This document shows positions 13,118 to 26,838 of a stretch of DNA of 64,000 nt, piece by piece; the first letter of the stretch is position 1, and every line of letters starts with the position of its first letter. Origin of the DNA: Eledone cirrhosa. Lineage: Eukaryota. The notes beneath the pieces are model-generated. The model had not been told where the DNA came from, ran no database searches, and was given only the letters and a program-made list of their open reading frames with translations. The position numbers and the translations under genes are program-made. The stretch is taken from positions 360,840,001 through 360,904,000 of the forward strand of contig OZ024743.1 of assembly GCA_964016885.1 (NCBI GenBank). The letters run 5' to 3'.

Positions 13118-13423
13118 ACATAAAATCAAGGGAAAGCAAATAAAGAAAACATTTAAAAATAATTTTCAGAAAATTCACTGTACTTACTATATGTGCCTTT
13201 ACCGCGGTTTCAGCTTTGTATGGCGCCAATTTGTAATTTGAACTAGGAAAGTTTATATTCTCAGAGCGAAAAGCCTTCTGACGAGGATCTCAATGTAAAT
13301 CCGCTTGGATTATCTATTTGTTTGGGATCTGAAACGGCGGTAAAGGCACATATAGTAAGTACAGTGAAATTTTAGAAATTTATTTTAAATTTTTTTCTTT
13401 ATTTGCTTTCCCTTGATTTTATA
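13118..13423 (+). mobile_element. HHR palindrome (family D) with spacer
   Basis: Arms about 13118-13212 and 13329-13423. The inverted arm stops just at the HHR GAAA. Confidence 0.75.
13273..13347 (+). ncRNA. Type-I hammerhead ribozyme
   Basis: GCCTT CTGACGA GGATCTCAA...TTGGGATCT GAAA CGGCGG TA AAGGC. The mirror arm preserves the palindromic ACCGCGGT stem III. Confidence 0.8.
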
Positions 13424-13444
13424 TGCTGTATATATATATATATA

Positions 13445-13889
13445 AGCAAACGGACATTTAATTTGTTGGTAATTCAACAAATATATATATTTATAACATT
13501 CGAAGCACTCGACATATTTTCTGGAGTATAATATCAATGATATTAATATATGGAAACTATATTTATAAAACCATATTTATTCTATTATATATATTTCAAG
13601 GGTACCAACAATTTGGTACGTTCTCTCCAGATACAATACAAAGCTTGTTTTATAAATATTGACATATCCAGGAATGAGACCTTAACACGTTCTAGTTTTA
13701 CCTGGATACCCTATCCATGTAAAACTTGAACCGTTACGGTCTCATTCCTGGATATGTCAATATTTATAAAACAAACTTTGTTTTGTATCTGGAGAGAGCG
13801 TACCAAATTGTTGGTACCCTTGAAATATATATAATAGAATAAATATGTTTTTTATAAATATAGTTTCCATATATTAATATTATTGATAT
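13445..13889 (-). mobile_element. HHR palindrome with one-sided tail (family A); HHR-like motifs at 13581-13635 (-) and 13784-13838 (+)
   Basis: Arms about 13531-13708 and 13712-13889. The core reads CTGGAGA in both arms. The tail at 13445-13530 is homologous to 2772-2820. Confidence 0.75.
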
Positions 13890-15124
13890 ATATATATTTA
13901 TTTATTTATTTATTTAGTAAAAGAATGAAGAATAACACGGTCGGCTGTACAATAGTGTTTCTCGACACTGAGTACTCACAACCTCTAACTGGATTACCTT
14001 AAACCGTACCCTGTTAGCCTATGTATATTTATTTATTTGATAGATATCGGAATCATTTTACGAAATGCTGCGACTTCTATTAGATTTAATAATTGCCATT
14101 ATTTGTTGTTTTAAAGTATTTTCTACACGATAACTGATATTTTATTATCCTACAATCCTGCAATGTTCAGTGCCTGTCCGCCCACACCCTGATCTATGGA
14201 TATATTAGGAAACCTTTCTAAAACATTAATGAATGTAGTTTTTTGTATACTCAGTAACTCTACAAAATAAAATACTCCTCCCTCTGAGACAGGTTAAAAC
14301 TATCTTTAATACATAGAGTTATAGCCCTGATTAATTACTTTAATTTATTCCAAGATTCTTGTCCCTTTCCGAGGATGCAATTAACTCTCACAAGCGTTTT
14401 TATTACGGCAGTTCACCGTTTTGATGACTGATACTTTGTCGTTCGTATGAGATGGTGGCCTATAGACTTTCTGCTCGCCCATTATGTACATTCTTCCTAG
14501 CTTAGAATTATCTCCATTGAAGAAGCTGTAATACATTTCATGAGAGATTTATCTTGTATATAGACTAGGTAATACGAACGTCATCAACATTTTGACCCCT
14601 CAAGCATAATGTGTTGTTTGATATTGCAGGGTTTCTTTTCTGTATATATTGCTAAATATAGATACATGATTTAAATGCTGCTGCACTCTTACCACTCATA
14701 CAATCTGATATCTGATTTAGAAAGTACAATGTCTTCCAGATTTTAAGCCATACCTCGTAAATTTAACATTCCACTTGTCCAACCTCTCGATGGAACATGA
14801 CTTTATTTTCACAATTTTAGTCATCTCTCATGTTACAGATATAATGGATATTGTGCAGAAATAGTTTCGGTCTTGCTAGGCCTTGATATGTTAACTAATT
14901 TCTTGTATTCAACTTGCAACAAAAGACCATATTGAGGATGCACTATTTATAGTTTCGTGTGCTTATAGAGTGAGGATGTAGAGATATGTATTTGACTTGA
15001 GTAATAACCATGAGAAACAATTTCAAAGTTTTAGGGCAAATATTTGTGACAGGGTTAATATGCTTAGAACACGTATATTTAAGTGGTTCTAACGATATAT
15101 ATGCACTAGAAAACTATATGTGTT

Positions 15125-15320
15125 ATTCGGGGATCCTCTACGCACCCGTTCAATCTGCTAGAAATAGCAGCCACACATTTTTAAATCATAGATTACCGGT
15201 TTAAAAACTATGGTATTTAGATTGTGTAGACTTATATATGCAAAACGATGAGCTGATCAAGGCTGGAAGAATGTTGATAATAAGTCTGCTTACTTAGACC
15301 TGGCTGGGAATTAGACAATA
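15125..15320 (+). mobile_element. Diverged SINE-like body fragment
   Basis: The ctgctagaaatagcagcc motif is shared with the 26113-26570 repeat unit and with about 48040. Confidence 0.4.
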
Positions 15321-15424
15321 ATTGTTTCTACTTTTGGTACAAGGCCATCAATTATCCAGTGTATTACTGGTACTTTATTTTATCGACCCCGTAAGGATGA
15401 AAGGCAAAGTTAACCTCGGCGGGT
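15317..15424 (-). mobile_element. 5'-truncated Nin-like SINE
   Basis: Reverse complement of the SINE 3' half. Confidence 0.85.
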
Positions 15425-16502
15425 AAACAATAATAATATATATAAATTAATAAAAATCAATTAAAATATAACATACTTTCACCTTAAGCAAATAGATATG
15501 TCATATTTGTTGAAAGCAGAAAATATATATTTTTTAAATGTATCTTTTAGATTTCTCAACACTTAGAAATTATTCAAAACACTAACTATTGTTCGGTTGT
15601 TCATTGGCAGATTCCCCTGAATACCCTACCAAACACAGAAACGAAATATGCAATTCAAATACTGATTTAATTAGTAATTTCAAAGGCGTTCTGTTAAATC
15701 CGTCAATTTCATTGGGAATGCGTATTGCTTTCGTGAATTTTTAATACATAGGGGAAATCATTCATTTTATCCAGAATAATCAACTAACAGGGCCTCAGGA
15801 TAACTAATTATACATATGAATATATTTAATCAGTCGGTTCTGGGTTTCAGTTTGTAATATTTTGTCTTTGTCCAGAGAGGCATATTCTCAATAAATCTGT
15901 TACATTATTTTCGTTCAATAATATCGCTGTCAAATTTTTTCGTAAGTAATATGACGACAAGGGCATTGATGACAGCACTGTAGGCTACGTTAGATAGTCA
16001 AAGAAGCAAATGTAGCTAGTTGTATTCAATTAACTGAACAACGAAATAGTGAATTGGGCGTTTGTGAAGCAGTTTGAAAAGTGTAGTGTAGTGTAGCGTA
16101 GCGTTGAATGTGTTGATAAATTATAGGTGGAAGAGGGTGCATAGATTTCGTTTAATTGAGGAGAGTCACTATGTAATAAGAAAGATCCGATTAATTAGCA
16201 TTGATTTTGTTTTAAAAAGAGAAAAGAGTGTGAGGGAAAAACATAAAAATTGTTAGTGTCATAAAATGTACTTTTACACAAAATAATATTGTATGTCAGT
16301 GGAGAATAAAGTAGAGATGTTTCCATCTGCCTTACACACACACACACATGTATATATATACATACACATATATATAGAGACAGACAAATGTATACATGTA
16401 TATGCATATATATATAAACATATATGAACATATATATTTACATATATATAATTGTATATATATATATATAGTTATGTAATAAACAACATAAGGCAATTAT
16501 TC

Positions 16503-16556
16503 CATTTACCAGTGGTTTCTTAAAAGCAAAAGATTTTGCTTTCAATCCTCAGAATG
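16503..16556 (-). ncRNA. Hammerhead ribozyme (family G); direct copy at 17768-17821 with GUG site; decayed copy at 46206-46263
   Basis: CATT CTGAGGA TTGAAAGCAAA-ATCT-TTTGCTTTTAA GAAA CCACTGG TA AATG. Confidence 0.8.
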
Positions 16557-16708
16557 AAAAAATCCTGGTCTGTTTATTGAATTTGGATTTTAAAAGCAAA
16601 AATGCAATCTATATGAAAGTGAGGCTGGAGAAGGAAGAAGGAAAGGAAAAATAAAATAAAACTACACATGCAAACACACACAAAAACACGCACACTCACA
16701 CACAAAAG

Positions 16709-16800
<92 letters not shown>

Positions 16801-17021
16801 CATACATACACTCATACATACACACACACACATATATACACACATATATATGTGTATATAAACACACAAACACATACATATACACATATATACATACGCA
16901 CATGAATATCAACACATGCATACATACACATACATATATACAACCACACACACATATATACACACATACATACACATTGAAACATAAATATAAATACATA
17001 TACATACACACATATACATAC

Positions 17022-17053
<32 letters not shown>

Positions 17054-17881
17054 ATATGTGAGTACAAGCATACACATACACAAACATAGCCATACACACA
17101 TACATATACATACATACATACATACACATACATAAATGCACTCCTCTACATATTCACACACGCAAATAAATATAAGAAAAAAAAAATATATATATATATA
17201 TATATAAAAAATGTTGACAGTGATAGAAACTGCAGGTAACTGGACAGACACGCGTGGTAAGTAATACACACAAATGCACGTATACATACGTACGAAATAG
17301 TAAATACATACACACACTCCCGCATATAAATATACATATACAAATACATAAACACATACATACACATACACAAATACGTGCACAAACACGCACACGCACA
17401 CGTATACAATTATACACACACATACACACATGTATATGAAATTATATACACATACATATATATATATATACATATACATAAATATAAAAATACACAGACA
17501 CACATATATGTATACATACACACACACATATACATACATAGCTATACAATTATATACATACAAATACGTACATATCATAAATACGCACAACCAAATACAA
17601 ACACACACACACACATACGTATATATATATATATATATATATACATACACATACATACACATATACATGTGTGTGTGTGTAAAACTCAGTCTTAGATAAT
17701 TCATATGGACCTTACATATATATAGTAGTAAGGTAATAAAGTAATAAGCAACATAAAGCAATTATTCCATTCACCAGTGGTTTCTTAAAGGCAAAAAATG
17801 TTTCCTTCAATCTTCAGAATGAAAAAACCTGGTCTATCTACATATACATACATATACACACACAAATATATATATATATAT

Positions 17882-17952
<71 letters not shown>

Positions 17953-18134
17953 AATATACATACACATACACATAGGTATGTGAAGGGGAAGGCAAAATGA
18001 ATATAGGGGGGGTGGGCATAGGAAAAGGTGAAATATAAGGGGAGGTAAGGGAGAAAAAAATATATATAGAAGAGTACAGAACGTAGATTCAGCAAAATAA
18101 AAATCGTAGCAGAAGTAAAGAGCAGAGAAGGAGT

Positions 18135-18905
18135 TCAAGGCGGTTGATTTATCATAGGAGTGTCAATCCAGTTACAGATCAGATGCGATTTCAGATGAGG
18201 ACAGCATCTGAAGATCTCAGTCTTTGAGTTAAGGCAAGCGGAAGTGGCTCTCAAGTTTAGCAATATCCTATACTTTTCTGTGGTACACAAAGAACAATTC
18301 TTTGTGCCCCTTTGGTACTCCCTCGAATGGTCTAATATAGACCAATCAATAGAGTACGGGATGTTACTATCCTTGAGTTCCCACACCTTACTTGCGAGGG
18401 CCGTTGATGTTCGTTTATCGGAGTGCTTAAAAGAAGCGACATGTGAGTAAAATCTGGTTTTAAACCAGTCCTGGGTCATACCGACATATCGCTCACTCCT
18501 GGCTGTCTGGTTGTTGATTACCGGTGTTATCTTAGCCTCATAAACAACAGATTTGGTGTTACATTTACACTGCAATGGGCATTCATCCGGCTTCCTGCAA
18601 CTGCATCCTGGATTTATTCTCGTGTGGTTTGAACTGGTGATTTTGGACTTCATAGATGGGCAACAAGAGTAGCTGATCTTAACTACGTTCCTATTAATTA
18701 TCTTATAGTATCTATGATTAGGAGGAAAATGTTCGTCTAAGAATTCAAGGAATTTCCTTCCTACATTAGTTTTGACAGTTACAGAGAAGGGGGTGTGAAC
18801 CAAATAATCTTCCTTTTCCTGTTATTGTGGTTAGTTTTAGGGGGGGGGAGTAGGTAAATAAGAAACTTTTTTCTGTAAAACCGCTGTTCTTTAGGGCTTT
18901 ATTAT
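18135..18905 (-). pseudogene. Penelope-like element C-terminal fragment (linker and GIY-YIG)
   Basis: 222-aa ORF: TNVGRKFLEFLDEHFP...ISYSCC...CSCRKPDECPL..C...VVYEAKI...YVGMTQDWFKTRFYSH...CSLCTTEKYRI...LNSKTEIFRCCPH. Confidence 0.92.
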
Positions 18906-18967
18906 AATAAGCTCTGTTACCTACATAGAGCACTCTTTTTTCCTGGACTTTTCCAACGGAATTACTT

Positions 18968-18998
<31 letters not shown>

Positions 18999-19002
18999 GC
19001 AC

Positions 19003-19057
<55 letters not shown>

Positions 19058-19595
19058 TTATAAGCAACAATACATATACTCACATATATTTACGTTTATA
19101 TACTGATATATGCATATAAATATATACATAAATATATATCAATATATCTAAAACAGAGAATGTCTGTCTGTCCGATCACTAAAATTCGAGAACCACCCAA
19201 CCGATTGTTTTCAAACATTACACATGTAATATTTATGGTCCTGTGAGTCTTTTGAACAAAAGTAAAAAAATAATTTAAATATTCAAGCCCTACGGACCGA
19301 ATTAAGCGATTTAGCGATCTCTCTCTATACTTCTTAGTGTTTCGATTTTAGATATATACATAGATATAACGTTGCGCCCTTATAATACCTGTCTGTATGT
19401 CTGACTGGCTGCATTACGACATTATGACGTTGCTGTGTGTGTGTGTGTGTACAGTGTGTCTATATATATATAGTGTGTAACGTTTTTCGAAATATTTACT
19501 TCTGTGTTCACAGATTGATATATTTTATTTTAGTTTCAGAAGATCCCGTTAAGAGTGAAAGCAGCGATTCTTTGCTTAAACGTTAATCTGTTATC

Positions 19596-20040
19596 TTTTT
19601 TTTTTTTTTTTTTACATGAATTTGTTTTTATTGTAAACACTGAACAATATATTGTTGTATACAGTATAGGATTGAACTTGATATGTATCTAATTCAAGGC
19701 TAGACAGAAAGACAATAATAATAATGATGGCAATACCTGTATACAACAACTACAACGGTACACGATGGGGCCCACCCACAGCCCTGGCGGACAGAATGGA
19801 GAAGGCATTTCTCCGGAGGACGGCAAGGGAGACGCGTTGGAAAAGCCACTCAAACTCGCGGGGCTCACACCTGCGGCTGGCCAGCTCAGCGCCTATGGTG
19901 GTGAGTAAGGAAGTAGCCCTGGGGCCGAGGACACCAGAAGTCTCCACTGCCAGGGGTACGATCGCAAACCTGTCGGAGAGCGACCGGTATTTGAAAAGTT
20001 TGGCTCCCTCAGCCCGACGTGCAGCAGAACCTTTATTTCG
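19596..20040 (-). mobile_element. CRE-clade non-LTR retrotransposon 3' end (REL domain) with poly(A) tail
   Basis: KYRSLSDRFAIVPLAVETSGVLGP...LFQRVSLAVLRRNAFSIL; poly(T) run at about 19596-19613. Confidence 0.85.
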
Positions 20041-20564
20041 TACTGGTCTCGGGACTCTGATTTATTATTTCGTGGTAGTTTCTTTAGTATTTGCTTGTTG
20101 ACCCGTCACCGTAAGATATATTCAGTTGTTTACTTATACCTCTTAAAAGGGTCTCATTATAGTTCCGTCCCACCTAGTAAACCTTTCTTTAGTCTAGCAG
20201 TACCAGTGAGAGACTTGATAGCTCTCCTTATGTTATAGTAACCATAAATTGTTTTTTGTTTTTGTTTTTGTTTTTTTTTACATTTAATTGTCGATATTTT
20301 TTCTATATATTTACCCCATATTGTTTTACTTATTGTTTCGACTTCCTCCCCATAACCCTCCCTAGTATCTTCTTTGACCTCCTGCCCAGCTGTAGTTGGC
20401 ACTATCAACGCACGACTGGGTTTCCTCTACCCCTCTCCCTCTTTCTTCTACTGGCAGGTTCAGCTACCCCTTCCCTCCACAAATTGCCATGAAAGAATTA
20501 TTATGTCTCAACAACAATCTTTTGACCAATCCTTGTGACAATCACTTTTACCATATATGGAATT

Positions 20565-20660
20565 ACCCCCTGAAAAGCTCGATTATTCATATACCAGGAT
20601 AAACATTTTAATTTAGTCCAGAATTAGCCGTCGAAACGGCTTGAGCTCAGCCGTCGGTGT
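20565..20660 (+). ncRNA. Degenerate hammerhead (family H)
   Basis: ACCCC CTGAAAA ...GAATTAGCCGTC GAAA CGGCT-TGAGCTC-AGCCG TC GGTGT. 3' halves recur at 40416-40533 and 40818-40870. Confidence 0.6.
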
Positions 20661-20670
20661 CCTACTCGTT

Positions 20671-20710
<40 letters not shown>

Positions 20711-20715
<5 letters not shown>

Positions 20716-21524
20716 TATGAAGAGAGAAGAAACATTTAGATATAATTAGTAATAAAATGTATCATACCTAAACTGCTCCTAAATTCCTCGACTACGTAGT
20801 TTCGTGGCATGAACAAAAACAATATATCATAAAGATATAGAGTCCTTGCGAGGTCTGCCGACTTATCAAGAGGATACCTCATTTTACTAGTCTCAAGAAC
20901 GCGTCTACACGACGTGAGAAAGAATCCCAAAAGGCGGAGGGGGAGATAGTCACGCGATATAACGGTCGAGAAACAGAGCTAAGCCTCTTATAACCCCGAA
21001 GAAAATACCACGGAGGCGGAGGGGGTATTTATATCGAGGCCGTAGAAGAGGTGGTGAAGAAGGCGAGAAGTATGAGTAATGGAAGCTTTTCAGCTGTCCC
21101 CACACTTCAAAGATTGCTCGACCAGAGGGAGTTATTAACAATATATTTAGAAACACACAGATACATGCGGACACACACATATATACATGAATGCATCCGC
21201 ACCCAACTGTGAGTTAAGGGTGCCAACTTCACCGATGTTGCTCAATGAATGACTGGGACAGACCAATTCAGTTGAACTAGACTGAACCAGTATCAGAGTT
21301 AAAAATACATTATGAAGAGAGAAGAAACATTTAGATATAATTAGTAATAAAATGTATCATACCTAAACTGCTCCTAAATTCCTCGACTACGTAGTTTCGT
21401 GGCATAAACAAAAACAATATATCATAAAGATATAGAGTCCTTGCGAGGTCTGCCGACTTATCAAGAGGATACCTCATTTTACTAGTCTCAAGAACGCGTC
21501 TACACGACGTGAGAAAGAATCCCA
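20711..21524 (-). mobile_element. Direct repeat (about 218 bp, period 595), each copy with a U3-A8 hammerhead (20786-20873, 21381-21468)
   Basis: CCTC TTGATAA GTCGGCA...TGCCAC GAAA CTACGTAG TC GAGG in both near-identical copies. Confidence 0.8.
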
Positions 21525-22959
21525 CGTGTACAGATATTTTGGCATACACAATATCAAAATATAAACAAACGTATTTATTTCACGAGGCTCGATAAGGCTA
21601 AATATATATCAATTATATTAGAACCCTAGAGGAAATCCTGGGTAACGCCGGGCCATTCTGCTAGTATATATATATATATATTATTATTAGAAAGTGAGGT
21701 TTTTTTTTACAAAATGAAAATTAACCGAGGTGTCCTACATGAGTGAAAGTATAAAGAAAAAAAGATGAAATCGAAAATGCAACTGGATTGTCTGTGGTTT
21801 TTCTCACATCTGGTTGGCCTTTGAATGTTACTTGTTTTATGTGGAAAAAAGTGGCTCGAAACGTCAGGTTATTAGAGAAGTAATTTGATTGGTTGGTCAA
21901 TGAGTATAATAAATTTCGCGCTAGTTCGCGTTACAAGGTTCTTCAAACATAGGGGGGGGGGGTCTCAGGTTGTTTTTTCATATAAGAGTGTTTGAATTTC
22001 TTATTACTTAAAAAAGGGGCTCACGAAGGCTTTTTTTTTTAAATGTAATTTGATTGGTTATAAATGAAATTATTTCTGTCACGTGAACAAGTTCATTAAA
22101 TTTCGCGCCCGTATTTGGGAATATATTTTGTAGTCTTTTAGAGAATTTTATGTCAATAAAAAAAGTGGCTCCCGAAGGCCTTTTTTAATAAATGCAATTT
22201 GATTGGTTATAAATGAAATTATGACAGTCACGTGAACATGTTCCGCGCCCGTATTTGGGAATTTATAATGTAGTCTTTTAGAGAATTTTATGACAAGCAA
22301 AAGAATGGTCAAGACAAATGGGATGGGAGAATTGTTCTGGTTCAGTGAATATGGCTAGTTCGCTGGGGTTTCAGAGTTTCTATTGAAATAAAGAAAGTAG
22401 ACATATGTATGTTTATTTGTGTGTGTGTGTGTGTGTGTGTGTGTATAGGAAGATGGAGAGAATATATATATTGTGTGTGTGTGTTTGTAGGAAAGTGATT
22501 CTATTAGTAGAAATGGGGGAGGGAGTTGTGTGTATATGGGTGTTATGTGTGTGTGTGTGTGAGAGTATGTTAAGATGGAGAGTATATATATATTGTGTGT
22601 GTGTTTGTAGGAAAGTGATTCTATTAGTAGAAATGGGGGAGGGAGTTGTGTGTGTGGGGGAGGGTTATGTGTGTGTGTGTATGGGTGTTATGTGTGTGTG
22701 GGAGTATGGTTAACATGTTAAGATGAAGAGAATATATATTTTCGGTGTGTGTGTGTACGAAAATTATTCCGTTAATAGGAATATTTTTGAATGAACATAT
22801 TTTCCTTACTTATTCGTATTTGTTCTGTTGTATTGTCAGCGCAAACGTAAGATTTCCTTAGTTCGGGTTTTTATTTTCTAGAGTAGAATGTGTTATGTGC
22901 GTGTGTATGTGTCTGTTTGGATGGTTAGCATGTTATGGTGTTGACATAATGTATATTAA

Positions 22960-24320
22960 ACCATATTTAATGCTGGTCTATATTTTTGAATAAACATATT
23001 TTCCTTATTTATTTGTATTTGTTCTGTTGTATTGTCAGCGCAAAGGTAAAATGGGAAGACGTGGAATTTGGGTGTCTTATTATTTGCGCATATGTCTAGA
23101 TGTGCGCTTAGTGGCATCCGTCTCGTGATTGGATCTCGTAATTGTTGGCGATGAACTGTCATTCTATTTCTGAGTGTGAGTTTAGTTTATCCTATTAAAT
23201 CTTCATTGCATCCTTTACATTTAATGGCATAAAGTAGATTTTTTGATGAGCAAGTGAAGTGATTTTTTACAGCAAAATTTTGTCCTGATTTCAATGTATA
23301 CGTGTTGCCTTCAATGAGGTGAGTCCAGGTTCCACAATTAGAGCGACCACATTTTTTGACAGTTGGTTGTGGGTTTGTAGTAGGTAATTTGGCATTGGTG
23401 TGTAACGTTTTCAGCGATTTCGGTTGTCTTTTGCTTTTGATTATTTTGTGTGTTTCAAGGGCTTTTTTCATTCTTGGGTCTTGTTTCAGTAGTGGGATGT
23501 TCTTATGAATAGTGTTGTAAGATTCCGAATTTCTTGGGTTGTGTGTTGAGATATATGATAGAATATTGGACGTACCATGAATTTGTTTCTCTTTTCGTAA
23601 TTCATCAATGCCTATTACTTTAGCCCTTTCTATTCCATTATTTATTAGTAATGGTGGGTACTGTCTTTCGAGTAGAATTTCCTTTAATTCTTGAAGTCTT
23701 TTATTTCGCGTTTCATAATATGAGACAATTGTGCAAATTCTTCTTGCTAGGTTAAAAGGAATGTTCGTCTTCGTGTGCTTTGGATGGTTGGAGGTAAATA
23801 GCAGGTATTGTTTGGAATCTGTTGGTTTGTAGTGTATGTCAGTTTCAATATTTGTGTCTTTTTTTAAGATTAAGATGTCCAGAAATGGGAGTTGATCTTG
23901 GCTGTATTCCATTGTGAATTGAATGTGGTTATTGATGCCGTTTATTAAGTTTTTGAAATCCTTCAGTTGGTCGAGTGTGTGGGACCATAGAATGAGACAA
24001 TCATCCAAGTAGTGTTTCCAATACTCTGATAAATATTTGTGGAAGTTCAATCCGTATTTGGATTTGGACTGTTCATATATCTGGACTTCTAAGTATGCCA
24101 TATTTAAGTTGGCATAAGTTGGAGCGGCTTTCGTACCCATCGCAGTCCCCGATATTTGCTTGTAAGTACTGCTATCGAAATAAAAAAAGTTGTTCTGTAA
24201 GATGAATTTTAATCCCTCGGTGATATTTCTCTAGCCAGAATCCTATTGCTTCTAGTCCGTATTGGTGTGGGATTGTTGTGTAGAGATTTACTACATCGAA
24301 AGACACAATAATAGTATCGT
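22960..24320 (-). pseudogene. Neptune-like PLE reverse transcriptase and GIY-YIG fragment
   Basis: IVSFDVVNLYTTIPH, GTAMGTKAAPTYANL, YLDD, LPFLDI, SNHPKHTK, CGRSNCGTW linker, FTCSSKNLLYAIKCKGC..LIG. Confidence 0.92.
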
Positions 24321-24740
24321 TTTAAAGTAAAAAGAAATTCAAACAAACTTATCTTTTGTTTGTCATAAAATTCTCTAAAAGGCTACAAAATAAATTCCCA
24401 AATACGGGCGCGAAATTTAATGAACTTGTTCACGTGACAGCAATAATTTCATTTATAACTAATCAAATTATATTTAAAAAAAAAAAACCTTCGTGAGCCG
24501 TTTTTTTTAAGTAAAAAGAAATTCAAACACTCATGTATAAAAAAACAACCTGAGCCCCCCCCCCCCCCCCTGTTTGAAGAACCTTGTAACACGAACTGGC
24601 GCGAAATTTATTATACCAACCAATCAAATTACTTCCCTAAAAACTTGGCGTTTTGAACCACTTTTTTCCATATAAAACAAGTAACATTCAAAGACCAACC
24701 AGATGTGAGAAAAAAACACAAACCATCCATCTCAACTCTA

Positions 24741-24774
24741 CTTTTGAAAAGCAGAACTGCGAAACCGGTAAAGG
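24741..24774 (+). ncRNA. Minimal U3-A8 hammerhead in the inverted pLTR
   Basis: CTT TTGAAAA GCA-GAAC-TGC GAAA CCGG TA AAG. Confidence 0.65.
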
Positions 24775-25304
24775 AACCAAATAATTATATATATTTAAAA
24801 AAAAATAAGACTCCAGTTGCATTTTCGATTTCATCTTTTTTTCTATATATATAAATATACTTCCTAAATGTGTTTAAACGTCGATAATAATCTGTGTACA
24901 ATTGATGCATTTGCTACAGAAAAAAAAATGAAGTGGAAGTACATTCTATCAAGCAATAAAAAAAGTAGCGATCATCTCTAGTTTCCTAGATTAAATTTGC
25001 TGCAAGCCTCATTGAAGATAAACTTTAGTGACGAAGAATAGATAGGACTTAAGAAAAACATAGGCTAAGAAAAACAAGTGACATTTATTTGTTTCGAAAG
25101 GTCGCTTTGATTTCCACTAAAATCATGTTGGTCGACAGGATCGTCATTCAGTGCGAGTTGTAAACAAAGATTACGTTCCCATCTATTTACGACTCACATC
25201 AAAAGACTATCATTTCTTTTTTCTACTAGCTTATATTTCTCCATTAAGAAATTTCAATATTACTTCAAGTGAATGCGCATAAGTATAGTTTTATATTAAT
25301 CATA

Positions 25305-25380
<76 letters not shown>

Positions 25381-25385
<5 letters not shown>

Positions 25386-25582
25386 ATAATAATTGTTTCT
25401 ACTTTTTTGGCACAAAGCCAGCAATTATTCCAGTGTATTACTGGTACTTTATTTTATTGACCCCGTAAGGATGAAAGGCAAAGTTAACCTCGGCGGGATT
25501 TGAACTCAGAATGGCAAGGGCTGTAACTCTTTGCTGCAAAGCATGGCGTCAGACCCTCTACCGATACTGCAATCCACCGCCC
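25381..25582 (-). mobile_element. Nin-like SINE, full length
   Basis: Reverse complement of the 1064-1257 family. Confidence 0.88.
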
Positions 25583-25591
25583 TTATATATA

Positions 25592-26838
25592 TCATAATCT
25601 ATAAAGCTCAGTCTGTGGTTATGCTCCTTTCTTATAGAAATCTACGATATATAATTTCTTGAATTGAAATTTACAATTCAGTATTCGAAATAGTTTCGAT
25701 TGCGTCTTGGCACATCTCATTTTTTCAATTTCACCCACAATTACGCAAAAAATAGATAAAACTCAATATTTTACGAGTTTTCTCTGTCATTTAAACTGCT
25801 AAACTCTTTCCATTCAAAATCTATACAACTTCATACTTTCTGCTATTTTCTCTTTCCCAGCTTGATGGTGATTACTGTGTCATATCATCTGCTTACCTCT
25901 ATCTACAACCCACACATTTTGCTACTTTCTCTTTTATACTTCAAATTATTACATTTCATACGAAACGACAATTATTCAAAAGCAACAGATACATTTATTC
26001 AACAACAAGCGATAAATCTTTTTTAAAACCTCTTTTCCAAACGCATACAAACACACACTCACTTCAACAACAACAACAACAATCTGCCTTTCATAGATAA
26101 TGATAAACAATAATATCCTCTATGAGGTCACTAAACCTGCTAGAAACAGCAGCTAACTCTCCCCCATACCAAACCCTCCCTACTGTCTTAAATTTAGAAA
26201 ACATATCTTCTATGAGGTCACTAAACCTGCTAGAAACAGCAGCTAACTCTCCCCCATATCACACCACTCCCTACTGTCTTAAATTTAGAAAACACATATC
26301 CTCTATGAGGTTACTAAACCTGCTAGAAACAGCAGCTAACTCTCCTCCATATCACACCACTCCCTACTGTCTTAAATTTAGAAAACATCTCTTCTATGAG
26401 ATCACTAAACCTGCTAGAAACAGCAGCTAACTCTCCTCCATATCACACCACTCCCTACTGTCTTAAATTTAGAAAACACATATCCTCTATGAGGTCACTA
26501 AACCTGCTAGAAACAACAGCTAACTTTCTCTCATATCACAACCCTCCCTACTGTCTTAAATTTAGAAAACAACTCCATCGCAGCTCTGTTGTTCGGCTGG
26601 CATCGTCTACGTGCGTGTTGCGCAAGTACTGTGAAACAATAAATTTCAACACCTTTTTGCACAGAGATAATATCCATAGGCGAAACTACAATTGTCACTG
26701 CTGGCGCAGCTCCTACTTCCAGGTCTGCAATTCGTTCACCCAGTGCCTGGTAGACAAAAAAGTGCTGCCATAAAATGGGTGGTGCAACCTAACTTTGGTA
26801 AATTAATGACCCCGAGCAACGCCGGGCTTTAATGCTAG
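25592..26838 (+). mobile_element. Non-autonomous Helitron with internal minisatellite
   Basis: 5' A|TC; 3' hairpin cccgagcaacgccggg, then 8 nt, then CTAG|T. Confidence 0.75.
26113..26570 (+). repeat. Tandem repeat, 5 x about 91 bp
   Basis: Unit tatgaggtcactaaacctgctagaaacagcagctaactct...ccctactgtcttaaatttagaaaac. Confidence 0.95.

Larger units (their letters stand above)
19139..21664 (+). mobile_element. Non-autonomous Helitron with nested insertions
   Basis: 5' A|TC...aaaacagagaatgtctgtctgtccg; 3' hairpin cctgggtaacgccggg, then 8 nt, then CTAG|T. Confidence 0.7.
21755..24844 (-). mobile_element. Neptune-like PLE with direct 3' pLTR and inverted 5' pLTR
   Basis: 21755-~22310 is the reverse complement of 24321-24844, with the RT/EN fragment between them. 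Confidence 0.85.

Noticed and set aside
24880-25190. Possible piggyBac transposase C-terminal remnant
   Set aside because: Only a vague resemblance, with no catalytic motif or TTAA-flanked TIR identified.
26122-26773. Repetitive ORFs MRSLNLLETAANSPP
   Set aside because: They are read-through of a 91-93 bp tandem repeat whose unit length does not keep frame.
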